This document shows positions 41,609 to 49,462 of a stretch of 64,000 nt of DNA, piece by piece. Position 1 is the first letter of the stretch, and each line of letters opens with the position of its first letter. A program made the position numbers and the translations under genes. Under the pieces are notes generated by a model. It saw nothing but the letters and a program-made list of their open reading frames with translations. It ran no database searches and was not told where the DNA came from. Origin of the DNA: Verrucomicrobiota bacterium (lineage in GTDB: Bacteria; Verrucomicrobiota; Lentisphaeria; Lentisphaerales; Lentisphaeraceae); contig JBDKFG010000014.1 in assembly GCA_039798785.1 (NCBI GenBank), forward strand, positions 1 through 64,000. Direction: 5' to 3'.

Positions 41609-42259
41609 TTATTCCGGCCGGTAGAGTTCGATCAAGGCGGCGTCGCCGACTTGGCTGGCGGGAAGGTCGAAGAAGAGTTGGCCGTGGCGCAGGGCGATCA
41701 GGCGGCTGGCGTGGCGGCGGGCGAGTTCGACCGAGTGGAGCGACACGAGCAGGGTCGCCGAGCTCGCAAAAAGACGCTGGAGGCAGATCTCGGCCAAGGC
41801 GGGGTCGAGAGCGCTCACCGGTTCGTCGGCGAGGATCAGCGGCGCCGCTCGATGCAAGGCGCGGGCGAGAGCGACGCGCTGCTGCTGGCCCCCGGAGAGT
41901 TCGCCGACGCGACTGCGGATCTTGTCTTCCAGCCTCAAATCCTTCAGCAAGTAGCTGATCTCGGCGAGGTCCTGGGGATGCGGCCAGACCAGATTGCGCA
42001 GGTTGCGCCAGAGAGAGTGTCGATCAAGCCTGGCGGCGTGGACGTTAGCGAAGGAGGAGAGCGGGGGCACGAGAGCCAGGTCCTGCGGCATCCAGGCGGC
42101 CTCGGGAAATTGCTTAGCCAGATGGCGCAGAAGGGTCGACTTGCCGGCTCCGGAAGGGCCGATCAGGCCGATCTTCTCACCCGGGGCGACAGACAGCGAA
42201 AGCTCCCGGATCACCGGGAGCTCGCCGTAGCTGAGATTGAGTTGATCGAGGCGGATCAT
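41609..42259 (-). CDS. PhnC-like ABC ATP-binding protein
   Basis: GPSGAGKST, LSGGQQQRVALARAL, ADEPVSALDP, SLH.VELA. Confidence 0.92.
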   Translation of the reverse strand: MIRLDQLNLSYGELPVIRELSLSVAPGEKIGLIGPSGAGKSTLLRHLAKQFPEAAWMPQDLALVPPLSSFANVHAARLDRHSLWRNLRNLVWPHPQDLAEISYLLKDLRLEDKIRSRVGELSGGQQQRVALARALHRAAPLILADEPVSALDPALAEICLQRLFASSATLLVSLHSVELARRHASRLIALRHGQLFFDLPASQVGDAALIELYRPE

Positions 42260-42307
42260 GGGAAGCGGGAGACCGGACCGGAAGGATGCCTGCGGCCCGG
42301 GGTCCCG

Positions 42308-43225
42308 TCACTTATCCATCAGGCCGAGACCTTCCGCGGTGCTGCGGATGCTCTCATAGTCCTCGTTCCGGGCCGGGATGAAGCCCGAGCGCTTGAGCTT
42401 GCCGAGCAGCTCGGGATCCTTCAGCGAGATGAGAATTTTGGTCAGCTTGTCGGTGGTTCCGGCGCCGAAGTCCTGGTCGAGCTCGGGGTGCACGGTCCAG
42501 TTGTAGTCGACATAGCTCGGCGACGTCCAGATCCTCTTGACCTTGCTGGCGTCAGCCTTGCCTTCCTTGACCCATTTGTCCCAGTTCTTGAAGTTGACCG
42601 CGCCGACTTCATAGGCGCCGGACATGACGGCTTCGATGGTCTTGTCATGGCTGCCGGAGAAGCCGACCTTGGGGAAGAGATCGGCTGGCTTCTTGCCGAG
42701 GTGCCTGGAGATGAAGAATTCGGGCATCAGCCGACCGGAGGTGGAGGACTCGGCGCCGAAGGTGAAGCTCTTGCCGGCGATGGCAACGGGGAACTCGGCG
42801 CTTTCGCTCAGGCCGGTGGAGCTGTTGGCGATGAGATAGGTCTTGAAGGCGGCGTCCTCGACGCCCTGGGCTATGGCGCGGGCGCCGGGGACGCGCTTGA
42901 CGCATTGGACATGAGTCAGGCCGCCGAACCAGGCGAGGTGGCATTCCTTGTTCTTGAGCGCCGAAACCGAGGCGGCATAGTCGTTGACCGGAGCATATTC
43001 GACCTTGATGCCGAGCTCGGCGGAAAGGGTTTTGGCCAACGCCTCGAAGCCGTCTTTCATGTCCTTGGAGCTGGAATCGGGGATGGCGGTGAACTTAAGG
43101 ATCTTGGCGACGGCGGGCGGCGGCGTGCCAGCGGCGCTCTGGGCGGGCTCTTCGGCTTTTTTGCAGCCGAGGGCGATGGAGACGAGGGAGACGAGGACGG
43201 CGGCGAAACGTTTTCGGATGTTCAT
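42308..43225 (-). CDS. PhnD-like substrate-binding lipoprotein (putative selenate ABC transporter type)
   Basis: Lipobox IALGC; FTAIPD, DYAASV, LAWFGGLT, FTFG..SSTSGRLMP, FSGSHD, Y.DYNW; adjacent to mnmH and selD. Confidence 0.85.
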   Translation of the reverse strand: MNIRKRFAAVLVSLVSIALGCKKAEEPAQSAAGTPPPAVAKILKFTAIPDSSSKDMKDGFEALAKTLSAELGIKVEYAPVNDYAASVSALKNKECHLAWFGGLTHVQCVKRVPGARAIAQGVEDAAFKTYLIANSSTGLSESAEFPVAIAGKSFTFGAESSTSGRLMPEFFISRHLGKKPADLFPKVGFSGSHDKTIEAVMSGAYEVGAVNFKNWDKWVKEGKADASKVKRIWTSPSYVDYNWTVHPELDQDFGAGTTDKLTKILISLKDPELLGKLKRSGFIPARNEDYESIRSTAEGLGLMDK

Positions 43226-43311
43226 GACAGGATTTCCTTGGTGATTGTTTTTAGGAGTGAAGGGCTTGAACTTGCAGGTCTTTGCCAACTTGGCAAGCGG
43301 AGGTCGCAAGG

Positions 43312-44484
43312 TCACGTGCTGATGAGTGCGGCGATCTGCGCGGCGGCCTTGGGGACATCGACGCTGTCGACTTCGAGGATGACCGTGCCGGGCGTATGGG
43401 CATAACAACGGTCGTACCAGTTGACCAGGATGTCGGCGCTGAATTCATCATAGCGGCCGGCATCGATGAGTGAAACCCACAAGGCCACCTTGTCAGCCCC
43501 GACATGGCGAGTGAGCAGCGCCACCTTGTCGCGCACGGCGGCGACCTGGATCGGATCGCCATTATGGAAGTATTCGCGGCGGATGCGGGCGACGCGGACC
43601 TCGAGTGAGCCATTGACCAAGATCTGCGGGGCGCTGACCCGCGCCTGCCAGAGAGCAGGAGGGATCTGCAAGGAACCGATCTTGCGCGACTCGCTTTCGC
43701 AGAGATAGACCGGGAAGCTGCCGTCGCCGCGGCGGAAACGCATCAGCTGCAGAAACAGCGCCTCCTCGAAACGCGCCTGCTTCGGCTCGTGGCGGCCAGG
43801 GAAGCGGACCCGTCCGAAGACGCTCGAGGCATGGGCCGCAGCGGCTTCGAAATCGATCTGCGGGACCGAAGAATGCGTCCGCCGCAATTCTTCGAGAATG
43901 GCGGTCTTGCCGCAGCCGGTGAGGCCGTCGAGACAGAGGAATGACCAGGCTTGTTGGTAGAGCGCGGCATGGACGCGGCGCCGCCAATCCTTCTGGCCGC
44001 CGACGAGCTGACGCACCTCGAGGCCGGCGAGGCGAAGCTGATGGGTGCTGAAGCGCGAGCGTCCGCCGCCGCGCCAGCAGTACAGGGCGACGGGGCGGCC
44101 GGCGGCGAGTTTTGCCGCTTCCGCCAGGAAGCGCTCCTTCTTCTTCTCCCAGAAATAGAGGGCGACCTGGACCGCGAGCTCTTGCGACTGCTGCTTGTAA
44201 AGGAGGCCGACGGCGTGGCGTTCGTCGTTGTCGAGCACCGGCAAGTTGACCGCGTCGGGCAGGCCGTCGAGGGCGAATTCCTTCGGCGATCGGACGTCGA
44301 GGAGCAGAGCCGGCCCGCCGGCTTCGTAGAGGCCGCGGCAAAGTCCGTCCTGGAGCTCCGCCTGGCCGATGTTCGGCACCCGCGGCGCCACTTGATCCAG
44401 GGTTTCTTGCGGCAGGCGCAGATCCTTGAACTCCAGGATGAGCCGCTGCAGTTCCTGGCGCTGGTCCGAAGTGAAGTCTGGCAT
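43312..44484 (-). CDS. mnmH: tRNA 2-selenouridine(34) synthase
   Basis: Rhodanese LLDVRSP.EF...ERHAVG..YKQ, YCWRGGGRS; P-loop GLTGCGKT; D.E..A.H..S.FG; ESESRKIG. Confidence 0.92.
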   Translation of the reverse strand: MPDFTSDQRQELQRLILEFKDLRLPQETLDQVAPRVPNIGQAELQDGLCRGLYEAGGPALLLDVRSPKEFALDGLPDAVNLPVLDNDERHAVGLLYKQQSQELAVQVALYFWEKKKERFLAEAAKLAAGRPVALYCWRGGGRSRFSTHQLRLAGLEVRQLVGGQKDWRRRVHAALYQQAWSFLCLDGLTGCGKTAILEELRRTHSSVPQIDFEAAAAHASSVFGRVRFPGRHEPKQARFEEALFLQLMRFRRGDGSFPVYLCESESRKIGSLQIPPALWQARVSAPQILVNGSLEVRVARIRREYFHNGDPIQVAAVRDKVALLTRHVGADKVALWVSLIDAGRYDEFSADILVNWYDRCYAHTPGTVILEVDSVDVPKAAAQIAALIST

Positions 44485-44568
44485 GCTGTTCTCGCGAAAG
44501 GGGCTGGGAGTTCTGAACGGCGGCGAATATAGTGCGGGACACGCAAATCCCGAAGCCAGGAGAATTTT

Positions 44569-45612
44569 ATGTCCGAAGCCCGACTCACTTCCCTTTCGCA
44601 TGGCGGCGGCTGCGGCTGCAAGATCGCCCCGGCGGTGCTGCAGGAAATTCTCGCCGGCAAGGTCGGAAGCTGCCTGCCTTTGCCGAAGGAACTGCTTGTC
44701 GGCATCGAAACCGCCGATGACGCCGCGGTTTACCAGATCAACGAAACTCAGGCGATCGTCGCCACCACCGACTTCTTCATGCCGATCGTCGACGATCCCT
44801 TCGACTTCGGTCGCATCGCCGCGACCAACGCGATTTCCGACGTCTACGCCATGGGCGGCACGCCGCTCTTCGCCCTCGCCCTCGTCGGCATGCCGGTGGC
44901 CAAGCTTTCGATGGAAACCATCCGCAAGATCCTGGAAGGCGGCGAAAGCGTCTGCACCGCCGCCGGCATTCCGGTCGCCGGAGGCCACACCATCGACTCC
45001 TTGGAGCCGATCTACGGCCTCGTCGCCATCGGCCTGGTCGACCCGCGCAACCTGAAGAAGAACTCCGGCGGCAAGGCCGGCGATTTCCTCGTCCTTGGCA
45101 AGCCGCTCGGTGTCGGCATTCAATCGGCGGCTTTGAAAAAAGGCCTGCTCGACGAAGCCGGTTACGCCTCGATGATCGCCAGCACCACCAAGCTCAACAC
45201 TCCCGGCCGCAAACTCGGCGCCATCGTCGGCGTCGGCGGCCTCACCGACATCACCGGTTTCGGCTTGCTTGGTCACCTCCTTGAGATCTGCCGCGGCTCC
45301 GGCCTTGCGGCTGAGATCAAGTGGTCTGCTGTGCCCCTGCTACCAGGTGTGCCCGAGCTGTGCCAAGCTGGTTGCGTCACCGGCGCCTCGGCCCGCAACT
45401 GGACCAGCTACGGCACCGATGTGCGCCTGCCGCAAGATTTCCCGGAATGGCAGAAGCAGATCCTCTGCGACCCCCAGACCTCCGGCGGCCTCCTGGTGAG
45501 CTGCTCCGCCGAATCTCTGGCTGAGGTTGAAGCGCTGTTCCGCGCCGAAGGCTTTGCCCCGGCGGTGATTGGGAAGCTGGTTGAGGGAAAGGCGGAAGTG
45601 CGGGTGGGGTGA
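44569..45612 (+). CDS. selD: Selenide, water dikinase (Cys form)
   Basis: LSHGGGCGCKI, DDAAVY, TTDFFMPIVDDP, GGHTID, TDITGFGLLGH, DPQTSGGLL. Confidence 0.97.
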   Translation: MSEARLTSLSHGGGCGCKIAPAVLQEILAGKVGSCLPLPKELLVGIETADDAAVYQINETQAIVATTDFFMPIVDDPFDFGRIAATNAISDVYAMGGTPLFALALVGMPVAKLSMETIRKILEGGESVCTAAGIPVAGGHTIDSLEPIYGLVAIGLVDPRNLKKNSGGKAGDFLVLGKPLGVGIQSAALKKGLLDEAGYASMIASTTKLNTPGRKLGAIVGVGGLTDITGFGLLGHLLEICRGSGLAAEIKWSAVPLLPGVPELCQAGCVTGASARNWTSYGTDVRLPQDFPEWQKQILCDPQTSGGLLVSCSAESLAEVEALFRAEGFAPAVIGKLVEGKAEVRVG

Positions 45613-46013
45613 TGGAATCTGACGAAGAAACTATGCTTTGGGAATGTCAGTGGTGCGGCCTGCACACCCAAGTTCCCAAGAGAAGCATTGTTCATTACAA
45701 TTGCTCAGGGTGCAATCGAGAGAGTGGTGGATTGGTTGATTTCGTCCATGAATTTCATTATGATCCAGAGGACATCGTTGAAGTGGTAGTCAAAATCACG
45801 CTCGGACAACAGAAAAAGCCTCTTGTGGCAGCGGGAGTTATTCGCAAAATTTTCTCCGAGTTTTCTCAGGTCAGTATCGCCTCTATTGCCGTTCAACTTG
45901 AAAACGAGGGCGAGATCCAATCAAGGCCCAGGATGCAATCTCTTGCCAAGGAGCTACAACGCTTGTGTAGTGAAAATGGCCTGAATGCTGTGATTGAGAG
46001 AAATAGTCATTGA
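45609..46013 (+). CDS. Hypothetical protein with N-terminal Zn ribbon
   Basis: CQWC...CSGC; overlaps the selD stop; AT-richer than flanks. Confidence 0.55.
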   Translation: MMESDEETMLWECQWCGLHTQVPKRSIVHYNCSGCNRESGGLVDFVHEFHYDPEDIVEVVVKITLGQQKKPLVAAGVIRKIFSEFSQVSIASIAVQLENEGEIQSRPRMQSLAKELQRLCSENGLNAVIERNSH

Positions 46014-46059
46014 AACCAGAAACCAGAATCAAATGAACTGACTCAACCAGAGGCAATCA

Positions 46060-46611
46060 ATGATCACCAATCGCTCATTCTTGGTCTTCCCCGGGATTCC
46101 GCTCATCCTCTTGCCTTGGGTCCTAGCCTGGTTGCTTCGGCAGATTGCACCTGAACTGCCGGTCTGGGGCAGTCCTTGGACTTACTACATGATGATGGCG
46201 ATCTTCGTCGTAGCTGCGGTTTTTTGCGGTTATTCCGATGAAGTTGAGCGCCGTTTTCGCTTCCCGGCTGCGACCATCACTCATTCGGTCTGGGGGGCTT
46301 TGTCTCGTTCTCGCGGCAAGGAGTATTGGTGTGGAGAACGTCATCATCCTGAGCTTGGATCGATGAGATTCACTTTTAGGGGGGCAGCGGAGCCTAAGGA
46401 CGCGCAGTTTGCCAGCTTGAATGACGCATGGGAGAAACTTACGGAAGTCGATGGCCGAGTGAAAGCTCACCCCGAGTATCGCGGCGAGAAGCTTCTTGGG
46501 CTGTATGTGAGTCTGGAGTCCTGGTCACCGGATTACGACTTGGGATTGACCGTGAATTTCGAAGAGGACGGGAGTCTGGGCTTGTTCCGCTTTCATGAGT
46601 ATTTGTCCTAG
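46060..46611 (+). CDS. Hypothetical membrane protein (2 TM)
   Basis: GAGG RBS; two hydrophobic helices; AT-richer than flanks. Confidence 0.55.
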   Translation: MITNRSFLVFPGIPLILLPWVLAWLLRQIAPELPVWGSPWTYYMMMAIFVVAAVFCGYSDEVERRFRFPAATITHSVWGALSRSRGKEYWCGERHHPELGSMRFTFRGAAEPKDAQFASLNDAWEKLTEVDGRVKAHPEYRGEKLLGLYVSLESWSPDYDLGLTVNFEEDGSLGLFRFHEYLS

Positions 46612-46742
46612 GCAGGCTGGATCACATGTTCACCAAGCGCTCACTCCTCGTTCCCCTGTCGCCCCTGTCGAGGACGTCTGTTTGACATTCTCGCCCGGCA
46701 GAGGAAACTGCAGGAAGAAGATCCACCAACCCCAAGTCCATC

Positions 46743-47849
46743 ATGCCCTTCTCTGAATTCCCTCTTGATCCCAAGCTGCTGACGACGATTGCGGCTGCGG
46801 GCTTCAGCGAACCTCGACCGGTGCAGGCTGCGGCGATACCGCCGATCCTGGCGGGAAGCGACCTGCTGGTGGCGGCCAAGACCGGGTCAGGGAAGACCGC
46901 GGCATTCGTCCTGCCGATGCTGCAAAGGCTGATCAAAGCTCCTCGCAGCCAGCTCCTCATCCTGGTGCCGACCCGTGAACTGGCGGCGCAGGTGAGCGAA
47001 GTCTGCCTGAAGCTGCGCGGGAGCAAGCTGCCCGCGCTGCGTTTCGCCCGACTGGTCGGCGGTGAATCGGCGAACACCCAGGCGGTGCAGCTCAAGGCCG
47101 GACCGAAGATCGTCGTCGCGACTCCCGGGCGTCTGCTCGATCACGTGCGCGAGGGCCAGCTGGACCTGAAGAAGTTCGACCATCTCGTTCTCGACGAAGC
47201 GGACCGGATGCTTGAGCTGGGCTTTCGCGATCAGCTCGAGGCGATCCGCGGCGGCTTCGCGGCCAAGCCGCAGACGGTCTTTCTCTCCGCCACCCTGCCG
47301 AAGCAGATCGAGGCGATGGCGAAGGTCTGGCTGAAGTCGCCTTTGCGCCTGGATCTGGACGAGCCGGAATCGGCAGCGCCGGAGATCGCGCAGGAATTCA
47401 TCGTCTGCGGCCGCAAGGAGCGCGGCGACCTGGTGACGAAAGCCTTGCTGGCCGAAGCCGGCCAGGCCCTGGTCTTCGTCCGCACCCGCAACAACTGCGA
47501 GATCGTCGCCGAACGGCTGAACAAAGGCGGCCTGGCGGTGCGTGCGATCCACGGCGAGATGTTCCAGAAAGACCGCAATAAGGCACTGGCGGAGTTCCGC
47601 AGCGGCAAGTGCCGGATCCTCGTCGCCACCGCCTTGGCGGCGCGAGGCCTCGACATTCCCGGCGTCGCCTTGGTGTGCAATTACGACCTGCCGGAGCAGC
47701 CGCAGGACTACATCCACCAGATCGGCCGCACCGGACGCTCCGGGCGCTCCGGCCGGGCGATGAGCTTCTACGATCCGGAAGACGCCGAAGAAGGTCCCCG
47801 CCACGCCGCGATCGCGGCGATGCTGGAGAAAGGACGCCGGCCGGACTGA
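46743..47849 (+). CDS. DEAD-box RNA helicase (core only)
   Basis: Q motif, AKTGSGKT, PTRELA, TPGRL, DEAD, SAT, ARGLD, HQIGRTGRSG. Confidence 0.95.
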   Translation: MPFSEFPLDPKLLTTIAAAGFSEPRPVQAAAIPPILAGSDLLVAAKTGSGKTAAFVLPMLQRLIKAPRSQLLILVPTRELAAQVSEVCLKLRGSKLPALRFARLVGGESANTQAVQLKAGPKIVVATPGRLLDHVREGQLDLKKFDHLVLDEADRMLELGFRDQLEAIRGGFAAKPQTVFLSATLPKQIEAMAKVWLKSPLRLDLDEPESAAPEIAQEFIVCGRKERGDLVTKALLAEAGQALVFVRTRNNCEIVAERLNKGGLAVRAIHGEMFQKDRNKALAEFRSGKCRILVATALAARGLDIPGVALVCNYDLPEQPQDYIHQIGRTGRSGRSGRAMSFYDPEDAEEGPRHAAIAAMLEKGRRPD

Positions 47850-47854
47850 TCCGC

Positions 47855-49351
47855 TCAGCGCGCCTTCTCCGCCCAGTCCAGCGCTTGGCGGAGCTCGTCG
47901 CGGCCGCGGCAATCGGGCAAGGCGTCGAGGCGGCGGCGGACTTCCGCGGCGCTGAAGCAGCCTTCGCGGCGGCCGCGCAGATATTCGGCAAAAGCGGCGG
48001 CGGCGATCGCCAATTCAAAGGCACGGTCGGGACAGCTCCGCCTGGCGTCGAGCGGGAAGGATTCCTGGCGCAGCCGGGATTCGCCGGCGGCCTTCCAGCC
48101 GAGGCGGATGTTGAGGATTTCGTCGCGAAGCTCCTCCCTGACGTCCAGGGAACGCGACTCGGCCGTTTCAAGGTCGCTGGGCAGGCGCTTTGCGCCGGGA
48201 GCCGCGCCGCTGGCCAGCTCCAGCTCATAAAGTGCCGTCACCTCTTCTCCGGCGGCGAGGTCTCCGGCGTCCTTGCCGGCATCGTCGAAATCGCCGTCGC
48301 GCATCTGCCGGTCGGAGTAGCCTACCAGTCGCCAGGAGCGGACTCGCTCCGGATTGAACTCGACCTGGAGGCGGACGTCATCGGCGACCGGAATGAGCGA
48401 GCCGCCGGCCATTTTCAAGGCCAGGCGCGCCGCTTCGTCGCTGCGGTCGAGGTGGAAGTAGGAGCCGTTGCCCGCGCCGGCGACCTTCTCCATCATCGCA
48501 TCGTTGAGATTGCCGGAGCCGACGCCGAGGACGCTGAGGTAGATGCCCTCTCCTCGTTCGCGGCCGATCAGTCTGAGGAGCTCCTGATCGCTGCTCGGGC
48601 CGACATTGAAGTCGCCGTCGGTGGCGATGACGACGCGGCGGGCTTCGTTGCTGCGGCTTTCGCGGCGGGCCAGGTCGTAGGCCTGCTGCAGGGCGGCGGC
48701 GCCGGCGGTCGAGCCTCGGGCCCGGAGGGACTCGAGGCGGGAGACGAGTTCGCGGCGGCCGCGCGGGTCGCAGGGAACGGCGCGGCAGAGCTCCTCGACT
48801 CCGTCGCTGTAGGTGAGCAGGCTGATCCGGCTTTCCGGGCCGAGCCGCTCGACCAGTTCGCGGGTGCAGCGCTTGACCAGTTCGAGGCGCTCGCCGGCCA
48901 TGCTGCCGGAGACGTCGACGAGGAGGACCAGATGCCTGGGCGCCGCGGCTTCGGCCTCGCTCGCCTTGAGATGGATCCGAAGCAGCGAGGTGCGGCGGTC
49001 CCAGGGGCAATCGACCAGCTGGTGATCGAGGGCGACGCCTTGCGCCGGCGCGGCGTAGTCGTAGCGGAAGTAATTGATGAACTCCTCGCTTCGCACCGCG
49101 TCCGGCGGCGGCAGGCGTCCGGCTTCGAGGAGGCGGCGGCAGTAGGTGAAGGAGGCGCTGTCGACATCGACCGAGAAGGTGCTCGTCCGGACCTGGCTGG
49201 CGGCCTGGAAACGGCTGTCATCGAGGGCGAGATGGCGGTCGCCGCTTTTCACCGAGGCGATGCAGCGCAGTTCCGCGCTGCGCTGGGCGCTATGCTGGCC
49301 GCAGGAGGCGACGGAGAGGACTAGGGCGAGGCAGGGAGGGAGGATCTTCAT
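47855..49351 (-). CDS. YfbK-like vWA-domain lipoprotein
   Basis: Lipobox VASC; STFSVDVDSASF, EEFINYF.YDY, MIDAS DVSGSM, TDGDFNVG, QVEFNP, VTALYEL. Confidence 0.9.
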   Translation of the reverse strand: MKILPPCLALVLSVASCGQHSAQRSAELRCIASVKSGDRHLALDDSRFQAASQVRTSTFSVDVDSASFTYCRRLLEAGRLPPPDAVRSEEFINYFRYDYAAPAQGVALDHQLVDCPWDRRTSLLRIHLKASEAEAAAPRHLVLLVDVSGSMAGERLELVKRCTRELVERLGPESRISLLTYSDGVEELCRAVPCDPRGRRELVSRLESLRARGSTAGAAALQQAYDLARRESRSNEARRVVIATDGDFNVGPSSDQELLRLIGRERGEGIYLSVLGVGSGNLNDAMMEKVAGAGNGSYFHLDRSDEAARLALKMAGGSLIPVADDVRLQVEFNPERVRSWRLVGYSDRQMRDGDFDDAGKDAGDLAAGEEVTALYELELASGAAPGAKRLPSDLETAESRSLDVREELRDEILNIRLGWKAAGESRLRQESFPLDARRSCPDRAFELAIAAAAFAEYLRGRREGCFSAAEVRRRLDALPDCRGRDELRQALDWAEKAR

Positions 49352-49462
49352 GGGTCGTGTTCCTAGGTTGCTTGTCGGGGGCTTCCCTGTCTGAATCGCC
49401 CCGAAAGCCCGGAAGGTTCAGCGGACCGAAGAAATTCCCGTAAATTCCGCGACAGGACGCGA

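Noticed and set aside
44569..44625. Selenocysteine-containing SelD or other UGA read-through near the selenium cluster
   Set aside because: The active-site codons are TGC; I saw no convincing in-frame UGA with a SECIS-like hairpin.
44485..45276. 654-aa version of mnmH
   Set aside because: The extension is antisense to selD; the rhodanese-bearing protein starts near ATG 44484.
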